Assembly (NCBI GenBank): GCA_010405405.1
Contig: MU004242.1
Location: forward strand, 1,101,769-1,165,768
Source of the DNA: Microthyrium microscopicum
Taxonomy: Eukaryota
Length of the DNA stretch: 64,000 bases
Direction: 5' to 3'
This document shows positions 1-11,759 of this stretch, piece by piece. The notes under the pieces were generated by a model. That model saw only the letters and a list, made by a program, of their open reading frames with translations, had not been told where the DNA came from and ran no database searches. A program made the translations under genes and the position numbers. The first letter of the stretch is position 1, and the number at the start of each line of letters is the position of its first letter.

Positions 1-523
1 TGGTCGTCTCATGGACGCCAACTTCCGCCGGCACGCGCGCAAGACCGGCGTCGAAGTCGTGAAAGGTCGACAGCAGAACATTGATGACTTTCCAGTTGAG
101 CGGGCGCGCTTGGAGATTTGTGTAGCATTCGTGTATCTCTCGAGCGCAGCTGTGATACCTTATGGATGGGTAATGACGTTGGCGCATCCGCCTTTGGCGG
201 TAGTGTTGATTATGCTGTTTATCTTGGGAACGTGTACATCGGCGGGATTTCAGCCGTTGAGTGCGTTGATCATTGACATCAACCCGGATGATGCTGCTGC
301 TGCGGGAGCCGCTTTTAATTTGATACGATGTGCGTTCGGAGCTGCTGCGGCCGGCTTGGTGAATTTGATGCTGGATTCGCTGGGGAGGGGGTGGACGGCG
401 ACGATGATTTCGTTGATTTGGGTTGTTGGAAGCGTTTGCTGGTGGGCAGTGATGATATATGGGCCGAAATGGAGGAAGGAGAAAAGAGATAAGAAGGCCG
501 AGAAGGAGGCCGGTAGTTCCTGA
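1..523 (+). CDS. MFS drug:H+ antiporter (DHA1/QDR-like), C-terminal part; gene begins upstream of the window
   Basis: Several hydrophobic helices and the motifs DFPVERARL, A(G)AAFNLIRC.FGA and YGPKWR, typical of fungal DHA1 C-termini. Confidence 0.85.
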   Translation, partial: GRLMDANFRRHARKTGVEVVKGRQQNIDDFPVERARLEICVAFVYLSSAAVIPYGWVMTLAHPPLAVVLIMLFILGTCTSAGFQPLSALIIDINPDDAAAAGAAFNLIRCAFGAAAAGLVNLMLDSLGRGWTATMISLIWVVGSVCWWAVMIYGPKWRKEKRDKKAEKEAGSS

Positions 524-906
524 GGATTTTGATAGTGCCGGGCTCTCAAAAGATGATGTAGAAGCGGTAATAGACATAGCGTGTCGGACCTAGATTCGTC
601 AATAAGTACATTAGTCTTCAACAGCGACTCTCCAAACTCCCGCTGACGGTCAGACATATACGGAACAGGAATGTCAGATAGTCACGTTAAGATTGTCCAA
701 CCGAGCACTAGAGGATTTGAGCAACATAACAGGCATATATGAGTATATTCAGCAAAGTCGACCGGTTGAATGCTGCAGTTTGTACGAAGAAAAACATAAT
801 CAACTCAAAAGTCCCAGCAGAAGAGCAGCATCGGCAACAAGACAACTCTGATGCTGTCTGTGTGCCCCAGGGCCAAACACCACGCTCACGTCAACCACTC
901 ACACCC

Positions 907-1195
907 TTATAGACCACCGCGCAGAGCTAGGACCAAATGTAGCGTGCAGCCACCTGTCAACTCGTAGTCGTCTGCCTTCTTGTCGTCGGCCATTTGCTTG
1001 CCACCGTAGATGAGACGTTGCTGCTCCGGAGGGATGCCTTCCTTCTCTTCGACGCGCTCCTTGATTTTGGCGACTGTGTAGTCAGGTTCGATGTCGAGCT
1101 CGACTTCGCGGCCGGTAAGGGTACGGATCCTATAAGAGTTAGCTTGCGCTTAGGATGAGAGTCTGGTAGGACCAAGCGACGTACTTGATGAGCAT
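907..1195 (-). CDS. NEDD8: Ubiquitin-like protein NEDD8/Rub1 (2 exons: 1195-1185, 1129-907)
   Basis: Splicing a GTACGT...GCTAAC...TAG intron (1184-1130) gives [77 protein letters not shown]. The [11 protein letters not shown] motif and the LALRGG end are diagnostic. Not in the ORF track. Confidence 0.97.
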
Positions 1196-1812
1196 TTTGG
1201 GTTGGAAGTCTGTGAGGGATGGTAGAGATAGGTGGCCCTTTGAGGGTGGGGTGGGAGCTTGCTTGATGTGGAATGTGTTGACGTTGAAGTCTCTCAGGCT
1301 AGGAGAGAGGGAGAGCGACCTTTATGAGGGATGTCGAAAGTGTTTGTCAAACAAGCAGAGGATATGCAGGTCTAGGCAGCGGCAGGCAATAATAATGCGT
1401 TGAGAGAGGCTACGACCAGATGGCTCACCTTGGAAATGGAAGTTGGAGGGGCAAAGCAGCCGAGCCTTCTTTAGTCAGCACTACAAGGCTGACCGCAAGG
1501 CTGAGAAAGCGATGTGCAATTATCAGAGATATTTTCACGAAAAGGGTAGGGAGGGTCATTCTACAAGTGGATATAATCAAGCGCCCATTATCCCTAGAGT
1601 AATTACAATAGCAACTCACCAGGAAATGTACTCGACAGTAAATCAGCCATGGCCATGTTTAAGGGTGGTGAAATAATCAGTCCACAGGTCAAGTCTTCCA
1701 CCTGTATTGTGATTACATTAGAACCAGAGACAAACACGAAATACAGTTTCATAGGTAGTTTCAGTCCTTAAGCTAAGTGAGCCTGAAATGCTTGCGCATC
1801 CACAATACAGCC

Positions 1813-2948
1813 TTATTCCCATGCCTCGAACCGACTAGTGTTAGTAACACCATTGTACACCTCGCACAGATTCTCGTCGCCCTTCTCTCGGTTGTCGCAA
1901 ATCATACGAAGGCGGCTCGAAAACCCGAAATGGAATGCCGGATTTGCCTCATAGCGCCATACTACTCTCCGACCAGGAAATGCTTCGAGCTGCCCCATCA
2001 CTTGTCGGATGAACTGAATATGTTTGCGCTCTTTCTGGAAACAGGTGTAGCTATTGATGAAGATTTCAGAGTGGCGAGGGCGGAGTATGCTGTAGCTGAG
2101 CTGTCTCGTCCACATGCCATCAGTAGCAGCAAACTGTCTGCGAACGTCGAATTCTACAACCACACGCTTGATCCTCGCATCATCGAAATTTCTCCAAGCG
2201 AACACAGCGTCGAGTCCGGGCAGAAGCATACCTTGCTGCATATCTTCTCCAAAGGAACATTGTAGATCTTCGTCATTGATTAGCTCTCCCTTTTTCCATT
2301 TGTGCCAGGCCATTTCGAACGACATGTCGACACGTATAGAAATTTCTTGCAGAGCTGGAAGTATGGTACTGTGATGATGTCCGACAAAAACCATTGTTCT
2401 TCGTGACGGGATGCAGATCTTTTTAATGAACTTCACGGCGTGAAAGGGAAAGTCGACGAAGCTCGTGGAGATCGCGTCTCTCCAAGTACGAAGAGAGAAG
2501 GTGATACTAGAGTATAGCACAGGCTGTGCTTCACACAGGAGCTGTCGACAGGTGGCAAGAATTTGAGGATGAACGCTATCGTCTTCCGGTATGTCTTCTC
2601 GAGGTAGCCCCGTGTATTTTGAAAGAGTGACTGGTCCGGATATTGATTCCAAAGCCAAAGTATAGCGCCGAGTCTGCTTCACCTAGAATATGTGAGAAAA
2701 ACTTACCTCACAAAGGTTCGTTTGGACGTGACAGCTGTGAAAATGTTTTCACACCGAGACGGAGATATGATCACTTTTGACTTAGAGAGGGGAGCCATAT
2801 TACTTACTGGCACGAGTAGATATTTGTAGATTTCAAGTCGCATCTCCACCGGTATTTTGAGTAGATAGCACTTTGTCGACTGTAGTTGTTCATTCTTGAC
2901 TTCAGTTTGGTCGGCGTTGACATGATTGTTACCTTGCACAGCCTCCAT
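1813..2948 (-). CDS. Hypothetical protein with N-terminal F-box-like motif (family member A)
   Basis: Exon 1 reads YLLKIPVEMRLEIYKYLLVP, then a GTAAGT donor at 2807 and an acceptor at 2683. Exon 2 contains ILATCRQLLCE. Alignable by eye over its full length with the gene at 31614-32632. Confidence 0.75.
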
Positions 2949-3721
2949 GTTGAGCTTCTGTTTCCAAGTTGGAAGACAGCGATGACGGAACTGGTGAGTG
3001 ATGTGTCTTATTTCGCCGCTATCTTTTTCGAATTAGGTTTTTTGCGCCGAGAAGTTTGGCAGCAGTTATGCGTTGCCGGGCGTGAGGAAGAGAATGCTGC
3101 TTGTGAGCAACGCTGCGATTTCTGCTCTCCAGAAAGGCATCAACTGATGGCCTTTCTGGTGTATTCCAGCGGTACCTCGAGACAAATCTTGGAAGTGGTG
3201 GATGGGGTGATGGCGTGTGGGAGATAAATAAGTGCTAGATAATCTGGAGGGGGATGAAACTTCAATGTTCTTGGTTGACCGCGTGCTACTCCTTCCCAAA
3301 TGAGAGCAAGGGAGTAGACTAGTGCGGATTGAAACCTGAGGCTATCATCGGGTGAGGACCTGCCATCCATAGCAGTTGCCTTCTTTTGATTCTTGTGAAC
3401 TCAAGCCCCTCAAATGTAACTGTCCATTGATTAGGAGAAAGGACGGCAGGAAACAGGACAAGCTGACTCACCCCGAAAAGCACTGCCATACATCATCAAC
3501 TCAGCGGTGTTTCTAAGGGACGCAACAACGATTATGCTATGAAGCAAACATGTCCATAATCGGTTTATAGATCGACCATTGTCTTTTCAAAGTATGCCTT
3601 GAGGTTTAACTGGAAACACGGTGACCTGACACGAAAACACGAAAACACGAAAAGGAGAACATCAGTACGACAAAGGAGAAGCATAGATAAGCAGTACAAA
3701 CCCCATATCAGCTTTATTGAT

Positions 3722-3931
3722 AACATTAAAAATGACTCGGTTTACCGAACATGTAGGGGTTAGCCGAAGCCGGACCAGGCCTCAGGCCTGGAGTGAGCCG
3801 GCTCGGCTAGATTCGGGTAGATCGGCTGATTAGATAAGGGTTTTTACCCGCTTATTAAGAGTAGCGTCTGCATAGCCCATTAGCGTAGCTGAAAGACAAT
3901 AAACAAGATTCAACAACAACATTAAAAATGA
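3722..3931 (+). mobile_element. 5'-truncated non-LTR retroelement (LINE/SINE-like) fragment with 14-bp target-site duplication
   Basis: AACATTAAAAATGA occurs at 3722-3735 and again at 3918-3931, flanking a ~180-bp insert that ends in AATAAA...(CAA)n. Confidence 0.7.
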
Positions 3932-4103
3932 TTTATGACAATCGAGGTTTCATAACGCCATCCTATGCTGTGGCATCGGAACAAAGGTAGTATCAATGAC
4001 CCGGCCATCCTACTCGACAAAGTTTGCTAGCGCTGAACGACATATGAGAGGGATTGGACGAGTGTATTCGAGTATTGCCCGCAGAATGCGATAACCAACG
4101 AGC

Positions 4104-5674
4104 TTATATCTACACCATGTTAGTGAATTCCTGAACGACATGTTAAAAGACCTCACCAGACGCAAATTAGCCAATATTGGCCGACCAAGAACTTTGGCTC
4201 CATATATCTGCTTCGGCGTAGGCTGCTGCAGACGTCGAAATCCCTCCTGAATGTGCTCTTTCCGGACTGGCTCTCTCTCCTCCTCTGGTCCATCAAACAA
4301 TCCAACTTCTCGCTTGCGCTTGCGACTCTTTCCTGCCGCGCCACTATCACCACCCATCAGCTTCTTATCCTGATCCTCCTCCATCTTGACCTTGAGAGCC
4401 TCCTCTGTAAGTGTCTGCACCATTTCAAAGGTCAGAAAGCCGAGAATATCCAACACATCATCGTGTGGCTTGGTTCCAACAATAGCATCCATATTGACCC
4501 ACTCGCGGAACCGCTTTCCCTTGCGGTACGTAAACGACGCCTGTCGACATTCTGACCAGTGCATATAGGCCTCCTTTGACATGTGCTTCGTACGTTCATC
4601 CGCATACTTGAGCCGTTCAAGAGTCGCCGCATTCATCTCACGCTCTTCTTCGTCGTCCTCGTCGTCTCGGGGCGGTACCTGTTCGCTGAAAAATGAGGAT
4701 ACATCCCACGGCAGAGTGACACGCGCCTTTTTGGCGGCGCCAGATGCAGCGGGCGCGCCTTTCTTAGGGTCGCCACCGGCTGCTGGGCCGCCTACTGGGC
4801 CTGCGGCGAGAGCTTCTTCTTCAGCGGCTAGGGTTGCGTCTCCGCCGGCTCGGTCTTCGGATTCGTTGAGATTTTTGCGCACGTCTTTCCATTGGAGGAA
4901 GTGGAGAAGACGACTTAGTTTGCCTTTGTCGTGGCGGTAGAGAAACATGAGTTCGTCGGGGGTGATGGTGCGACTACCTCGTCGATTGGCTAGTTCTACA
5001 GCTCGGCGGAGCTAGAGTAGGCTGTTAATGAGGATGCTTTTGAAAATTTGGGAAGACTTACCAATTCCTTAACTTGCTGTTGCACAATGTACTCGACAAG
5101 AATTGTGGTTTCTGAGGATGGGTCACCAGTTTCACCGGACACGAACATCATCTGTTCCAGAAATTCGTTAGCGATGGCTGCTGCTTCTGAGTTGCAAGCA
5201 CAATCCATTTTGTCGGATGCCAGGAACTGGGAAAACTTGTCGGAGGGAAGTAATCTGTAGCCAGGGTAGGTGTTGAGGTGTTGGCACTTATTGTTCTCAC
5301 TCTAGCTTTGGGAGTTCGACCTTTTAAATTTCTGGTTGGACTTTCAAACTCTGAGGTGACCCGAGTCAAATGAGGGCCATCGAACCCACTCAAATAAAGA
5401 GTCCAAGCGATATGCACTCGTGATCGCTCTTTGACAGAGCTCATTTCCTCCAGCTCAATGACTAACCGTAGAGTCAAATGGTCTGGGAGTCTTCCAAATA
5501 GATCTTGTTTGTAGCTGTATCATACGACATGCCGGATAAGAAAACATAATAAGGGACATATCATGGGACTTGGCGTCCAGATATTTGACTGCTAGTGTAT
5601 GAAAGTTTAAGAGAAACACATACCTGTTGGATCTCGGTCCGGTATTTCTGTTTCTTGCTCGCTTCGTCCGCCAT
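4104..5674 (-). CDS. SPT3: SAGA complex subunit Spt3 (4 exons: 5674-5624, 5151-5062, 5011-4157, 4109-4104)
   Basis: Spliced product contains KYRTEIQQMMFVSGET, FLYRHDKGKLSRL, WKDVRKN, HWSECRQASFTYRKGKRFREW and DILGFLTFEMVQTLTEEAL. All introns are GT-AG. Confidence 0.95.
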
Positions 5675-6073
5675 GATGTATAAGATGGATCAAGATCTGT
5701 TTATTTGTTGAGGTATATGGTCCGAAGCCGATTGCGACGATCTGAATGGCGGCGGCTTCGTACGATCGGTATTCTAACGCGTTCGTCACCGAATTCGCCG
5801 TTGGCTCTTGCCATGCAAGTCGCGGGCTGTCCAGATCAAGGTCGTGCTGTTATCCGCAAGTAATCGCATGGCGCCCATTACCGGCTGTGGAATTGAAGAT
5901 AAAAGAACAATATGCTAAGATTAGCATATGGTACGGATGTGCAGCTCGGATGAAGTTACGATAGAGTCTTGGCGTTTGTCTGGGCGGCCTCATGTTGTCT
6001 CATTCATGACCCGCGCAGCTGGGAAAACCTTAAATTCTCGATTACTCTTTCCGCCTTTCAATCTGCTGTCGCA
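5675..6073. promoter_or_regulatory. Divergent (probably shared) promoter region between SPT3 and DPH5
   Basis: Head-to-head start codons about 400 bp apart. No binding site identified. Confidence 0.5.
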
Positions 6074-7049
6074 ATGTTCTACTTCATTGGCCTCGGCCTT
6101 GCAGATGAAAAAGACATTACTGTCAAAGGCTTGGAGATAGTCCAGCGAGCCGAGCGTGTCTATCTCGAGGCCTACACAGCCATTCTGATGGTAGATCAAG
6201 AAAAATTGGTGCGTGGAATATCTGTAATTCCTTACATCATAAAAAATTCTAACTTGCCACCGCATTAGTAGGAAGCCTTTTATGGCCGACCCTTGATTCT
6301 TGCCGACCGCGAGATGGTCGAGTCGTCCAGCGACACCATCCTCGAGAATGCCGCCAACGTCGACATTGCCTTCCTCGTAGTCGGCGATCCTTTCGGGTGA
6401 GCAACTTCAACCTTAATCTACGTCCTTTCAATGACTAAATCCATTAAGCGCGACAACTCACACCGATCTCTCGCTACGTGCTCGCGCCCTGAACATACCC
6501 ACCCGCACCGTCCACAACGCCTCCATCCTCACCGGCGTCTCCATAACCGGCCTATCACTGTACAACTTCGGCCAAACCACAAGCATGGTATTCTTCACCG
6601 AATCCTGGCGACCTGCGAGCTTCTATGACCGACTAGCTGAAAATGCGTCCCTCGGTCTGCACTCGCTTGTCCTGCTCGATATCAAGGTCAAGGAACCAGA
6701 TCTAGATGCTTTGGCGCGCACAGGCAGAGTCAAGTATGACCCTCCACGCTTCATGAGTTGCGCGCAATGTGTTTCGCAAATGCTTGAGATCGAAGAGTCG
6801 CGTGAGCAGGGCGTATGCAAGGCGGACAAACTGGTGGTTGGTGTGGCTAGAGTGGGCTCAGAAAATCAGATTGTGGTTGCGGGCACGTTGGGTGAGATGC
6901 GAGATGTTGAATTGGGAGAACCGTTGCATAGTGTTGTGCTGTTGGGGACGCGTACTTATGATTTGGAGCGGGAGTTTCTGCTTGAGTTTGCAAAGAACAA
7001 GGAGAGCTTTAATAAGGCTTGGGAGGAAGGTGGTTATGGAAAGGCATGA
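6074..7049 (+). CDS. DPH5: Diphthine methyl ester synthase (3 exons; introns 6209-6271 and ~6397-6448)
   Basis: Motifs [65 protein letters not shown] and GEPLHS. Confidence 0.97.
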
Positions 7050-7337
7050 CGAAAAATTTATGGCAGAGCGCTATCCATCATAACTGCATGATAGTCCCAA
7101 ATAACATGATCCCATGACCCTAACGTGCTGGATGAAAGACATGCATAATATTAAAAATTTGCATTAACTGTTGCTGATGCCATGTATGTAAATGTACACA
7201 CACAATTAGCGCCGCGCTCATCCGTATGTCACTGCTTCTCCCGCAGGGTGGTATATGTTCCCGTTGCCTATACACACACTCTCCGCTGTACATAACGCTG
7301 CTGTACAAGGTAATCATAAATCATATGCTCTCCACAC

Positions 7338-8000
7338 TCAAGAGTACCGTCGACTTGCTGGCCGTCCACCTCCATAACCACCGCTGCTCCGTCTCCGCCC
7401 CCCTCTTCTCGGCGGCGGCAAACTCGACAAATCACTCTCCTCAATAACAATAACCTCTTCATCCCGACTCCTCCTCGGCCCCCTCCTCTCCACATAAACC
7501 TCCTCCACGCCCGGCGGACTCGGACTCGGGCCCCGACTAACAATTCTGCTGCCCATATGGCTTCCCGCGCGACTTCTCGGCAGCACGCGCTCTTCCCGCT
7601 CCTCCACAATGATCTGCGACCGACGTCGTGGTGGACTCATGGACCGTCTTCGAATGTCACCATCCACACGCCGTGAGCGACGTCTGCGCGGACGGTCGCG
7701 CACTTCGATGACTTCTTCGGTGCCGTCGAAAGTGTCTTTGTTTAGCGTGGTGGCCCAGTAGATTATCCAGATTATGAAGGTGAAAGCGGCGAGGGAGCCG
7801 AGAACTATGCCGGCGACGGCGCCGGGGGCGGGACCGCTGTTGAGACCGGCGTAGGTTGATGGGATGAATGTGCCGAGGGTTGGATCTGAAGTTGCGGCGT
7901 TTTGGCGGCGGTGGAGTGGGTTTGGGAGGGCGTGGAGGATGTTTGCGGACGCGTCGCGTAGGCGGGCGAGGGCAGGCTGAAACCCGCGTAGAGGAGGCAT
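7338..8000 (-). CDS. Hypothetical single-pass membrane protein with Arg/Glu/Ser-rich tail
   Basis: 220-aa ORF with one TM segment (GAVAGIVLGSLAAFTFIIWIIYWA) followed by a low-complexity charged tail. Confidence 0.7.
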   Translation of the reverse strand: MPPLRGFQPALARLRDASANILHALPNPLHRRQNAATSDPTLGTFIPSTYAGLNSGPAPGAVAGIVLGSLAAFTFIIWIIYWATTLNKDTFDGTEEVIEVRDRPRRRRSRRVDGDIRRRSMSPPRRRSQIIVEEREERVLPRSRAGSHMGSRIVSRGPSPSPPGVEEVYVERRGPRRSRDEEVIVIEESDLSSLPPPRRGGRRRSSGGYGGGRPASRRYS

Positions 8001-8609
8001 TGTTTGGGAGTTGATGTGTAAATTATGATTCTGGGAGTGTGAGATGTCGCGACATTGTTGGAGTGAAGAATGAGGTGTAGGGAGAATTGGGTGTTGGGAG
8101 AAGTAGGCTGGTTATGCACGATGATGGATTTTGTTTGGGTGGAGTGATTGAGTGAGTGGCAGGCGGCAGACGTGGTGGACATTCCCAGCTTTCCCATACC
8201 CAGCACGCCAGCACCAGCACCAGCCTCGCCAAAATTAGAGCCAACTTCTCATCAATCACATCTCCCAAGTTTGATTGGACTAACGTTATACCCAGTTCCT
8301 CAGGTTCCTGGAAATCTTCAAACTGCTTCAAAATATAATGCGCCTTGGATAGTGATATTGAAGTGTTGTGTTCAAAGTAAGGGAAGCACACGGCGCGGCC
8401 CGCTTGCCCACACCACTCTTTTTGTGGCTTCTTACACAGCACTTGAGTCGCTTGAGCTCTTCCAAGATTCCAGGCACCATTCCAGTAAATTTAAATCAAC
8501 CAGGCAGGAATTCTCCCACGATCAAGACCTGGGATTTGGATGCCACAGGAACTGTTCCATGGCGTTACCTGCTCATCTCCACTCGGTTGCAGGCTGATAC
8601 CAACCAAAA

Positions 8610-10982
8610 ATGGATGTAAACACCCACTCCAACATGAATGGAATGCCATCAGATGACGGACCCATTCCATCCGTCGAAAAATGTTCCTCTGTTGAAGAGA
8701 TCCAAGATGCTCTTGTACAACTCTCAGCCAGAGACCGCGCAGTCACAGCCCGTCTTGACGAGCTAATTGCTACTCAAAATACCCTCTCTCGCGACTTGGG
8801 CCGACTGGATCTTCTTCGAGCTCATCTTGGATCTCAAGTTGTAGCCACTAGATCCATCAGTCATGGCATGCTATTTGGAGCCGCCGATACCGCAAAGCGC
8901 ATATCTAGCGCGGTGAAGAGGCTCGATACTGAGCAAGAAAATGTCAAGGCTACTCTGGCCATGGTCGAGCAAGTTGCGGAGCTCAAAGCATGCGTCCTTG
9001 GTGTACATGGCAGTATGGGTGCGCCCCAAGATTGGGAGACTGCTGCTACATATCTCAGCCGCGCGAGCAAGATTCCAGCTGATGTCATTGATGGTGCTTT
9101 TGCTGAGCAAATAGTACCTACTGCCGAAGTACCTGATCCACCTAGGATCACTCTCCAGAATGCAGCGGAATCTTTATGTGGCCTGTTCCTGAGAGAGTTT
9201 GAGAAGGCCACCAAGGAAGGCGATGGGGCAAGAGTCACTCGATTCTTCAAACTCTTCCCTCTGATTGGCAAAGCCGAAGTAGGCTTGGATGCATATGGAC
9301 GATATGTCTGTCAAGGAGTCGCAGCAAGAGCCAGGCAAAATCTTAACTCCAGTGGTCGAAGAGACGGATTTTTCTACGGCAACGCATTGACAAAGCTCTT
9401 TGAGCATATTGCTCAAATTGTTGATGCACATGAGCCAGTCGTTCAACGACATTATGGGCCTGGCCAAATGACAAGAGTCATCGAAAGACTTCAGATGGAA
9501 GCTGATATGCAAGGAGGCATCATTCTCGATTCGTGGTATGAGGATAAAACCGTGGATCGAAAACTCACGGACATCAAGTCATATGCATTCTCCTTTCTTG
9601 TTCAAAGCTTCTTGGCACCAAGCCATCATAGATCCGACTCTCCAGCTCTTAGGAGATCGATGGAAGTCGAGGAAGATACCGTTGACATGAAGAACGTCGA
9701 TTCCCTTCTCAACGAGTCTGGGCTTATGCTCGGTCGGTGGGCATTGTATTCGAGATTTCTAGCCACCAAATCCCAGCCTTTGGACACCGATCAATCCAAT
9801 GGAGAACGTCAACTTGAAATGCCCAAGTATCTTCTCACCAGTACACTTTTCCGAAAAGTTAATTCGCACCTTCTGGATCCATATGTCACCATGACTACAT
9901 TCATGGTACGCCGCTCGCTCGAAAAAGCATTCCAGCTAGACGAAATGCCGTCTGGTCTATCCTTGAATATGACCAAACAAATTCCCGCTTCCACTCCCTA
10001 CATTACGTCAGCCGTTGACGACGTGATGTATGTGGTAGCTCAAATGCTCCAACGCTCCTTAGCAACATCTCAACGATCAGTCGTAGCCTCTGTTCTTCCT
10101 ACCATCAGCCGATTCCTCGACGGCGACTTTATTGGCATGATTCAGCGCAAAATGCGAGACGAGTGTTATCCAAAACCCGTCATTCAAGGATCCCTACCAC
10201 CCGAAGAGCAAGTTCTACAATTCCTGGTCCTCATAAATAACCTCGACGTAGCCACAGACTACATCAAACGAATCGTAGCAGGACACCTTGATCCACCTGA
10301 TTCTTCTTCTGCAGCAACCACCACCAACGAGCGTCTAGCTCATCTGCATGCCTCCTTTCCTTTCGCTGACGATGCGACTTTCACTGTTACTAATCTACGC
10401 TCCATGCAACACACCTTTGTCACCAAATGTACCGATATTTCGACCGAGGGTGTTACTGTCATCCTTCGTCAAGTTATCAAACCTCGCATCCGACACATCC
10501 TCACTGAAGCCTTTCGCGGTGCCGATTATGCAGTCACGGCCGCTGACTCCGATGTATCGGATTCAGATTCAGCCTCTACCTCAGTTCCTGCTCGCTTCAC
10601 AAACTTCTACAATGCTGTCATGAGACCCATCAAGCGCATACTCACGCCTACTCCATTTGCTCTATTACTCGCCAAGACGGTTCCAGAGATGGCTGCTTTG
10701 TTAGAACGACGGCTGTGGACTATGGGTGGACGGGTCAGTGAGTTGGGGGCCATCCGACTAGAACGTGATTTGGCTGGCGTGGTTGCGGCGGCGACAAGAG
10801 ACGGGAAGTATGAGCTACGAAATAGCTTTGAACGCTGTGTTCAAATTGCAGAGGTCGCGAGCATGGAGAACGAGGAGTGGGAAGAGTTGTTGGAAGCTGA
10901 GAGAGAAGGCGAAGAGTTGGGCAGAGAGTGGGCTTTGGATCGAGAGGAAAGAAAGAGAGCCAGGGGACTGGTTGCACGATGA
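8610..10982 (+). CDS. COG4: Conserved oligomeric Golgi complex subunit 4
   Basis: Intronless 790-aa ORF with ELKACVLGV.GSMGAPQDWE, TRFFKLFPLIG, SAVDDVMY, FLVLINNLD and ELGAIRLERD, matching fungal Cog4. Confidence 0.9.
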   Translation: MDVNTHSNMNGMPSDDGPIPSVEKCSSVEEIQDALVQLSARDRAVTARLDELIATQNTLSRDLGRLDLLRAHLGSQVVATRSISHGMLFGAADTAKRISSAVKRLDTEQENVKATLAMVEQVAELKACVLGVHGSMGAPQDWETAATYLSRASKIPADVIDGAFAEQIVPTAEVPDPPRITLQNAAESLCGLFLREFEKATKEGDGARVTRFFKLFPLIGKAEVGLDAYGRYVCQGVAARARQNLNSSGRRDGFFYGNALTKLFEHIAQIVDAHEPVVQRHYGPGQMTRVIERLQMEADMQGGIILDSWYEDKTVDRKLTDIKSYAFSFLVQSFLAPSHHRSDSPALRRSMEVEEDTVDMKNVDSLLNESGLMLGRWALYSRFLATKSQPLDTDQSNGERQLEMPKYLLTSTLFRKVNSHLLDPYVTMTTFMVRRSLEKAFQLDEMPSGLSLNMTKQIPASTPYITSAVDDVMYVVAQMLQRSLATSQRSVVASVLPTISRFLDGDFIGMIQRKMRDECYPKPVIQGSLPPEEQVLQFLVLINNLDVATDYIKRIVAGHLDPPDSSSAATTTNERLAHLHASFPFADDATFTVTNLRSMQHTFVTKCTDISTEGVTVILRQVIKPRIRHILTEAFRGADYAVTAADSDVSDSDSASTSVPARFTNFYNAVMRPIKRILTPTPFALLLAKTVPEMAALLERRLWTMGGRVSELGAIRLERDLAGVVAAATRDGKYELRNSFERCVQIAEVASMENEEWEELLEAEREGEELGREWALDREERKRARGLVAR

Positions 10983-11759
10983 TTCCACGATGAGCAGCCA
11001 TTAAGCATACATTAATGCTCTTGAGGCTTTGGCGCGGAGACGTTCAATGGTCATTTTCTGTTGATTGTTCATCCGGCAAAAGAACGGTTGGCGATGCCTC
11101 AATTTCAAATCATCATCACAGCCCAACGGCACTCAATACGTCGACTTTGGCGTATGGTCTTGGTACTGAGCGTCTAGTGTTGTTCCTGGCATTTTCATCA
11201 CCGGGGTATTTTGCTTGGTATTACTCTAAGCAAGAGCACTTGCACTGACTCAGGTCCTCGCTGTTGTTGATTCTGCCCTGGAATGTACCACAAACAGGGC
11301 ACTTCCTCAACCTCCAAAACCATCCATGATGTTATGACCTCTTGTCCTGGGCATCGAGGCTGCAACAATTCAAAATACGCTCCAATCGAAATTGATGCAA
11401 GTGGAAGATTTTATGCAGACGATCCAGAACGACCCATGCCTTCCCCTCATAACCAGGATTCAAAAAACTGTCCGCAACCATGGTTCAAAATCACTATCCG
11501 TTCGTGGTAATATAAAACCCTGCCTATATCGTCATACTTTACTCGCCAATGGGCATAGCTTGATGTAAAATGTGGTCACTACAGCTGTCTTTTCCGGTCG
11601 AACCGTTTTAATCCTTCAATATACGTGCCTTGATTGCACTAAAAATGCGCCGCCCAAATTTAAATCCTACTTCAGCACTACCTCACCTCTAATAATCTGC
11701 GATCGTCCCTCTCCAGATATTTCCATTCCATGTAAGAAATTGTTGAGATGGTCGTCATA

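Noticed and set aside
957..1175. 72-aa Ser/Lys-rich ORF-track call
   Set aside because: Out-of-frame shadow of the NEDD8 gene.
3629..3653. (ACACGAAA)x3 short repeat
   Set aside because: Simple slippage repeat with no supporting context.
5365..5395. GGGTTCGA B-box/T-loop-like motif on the minus strand in the SPT3 intron, suggesting a tRNA
   Set aside because: No cloverleaf, acceptor stem or A-box at the proper spacing. It is kept only as part of the structured-intron finding.
8023..8597. Overlapping 130-150-aa ORFs between the membrane-protein gene and COG4
   Set aside because: No recognisable motifs; they fall in a divergent promoter/UTR region.
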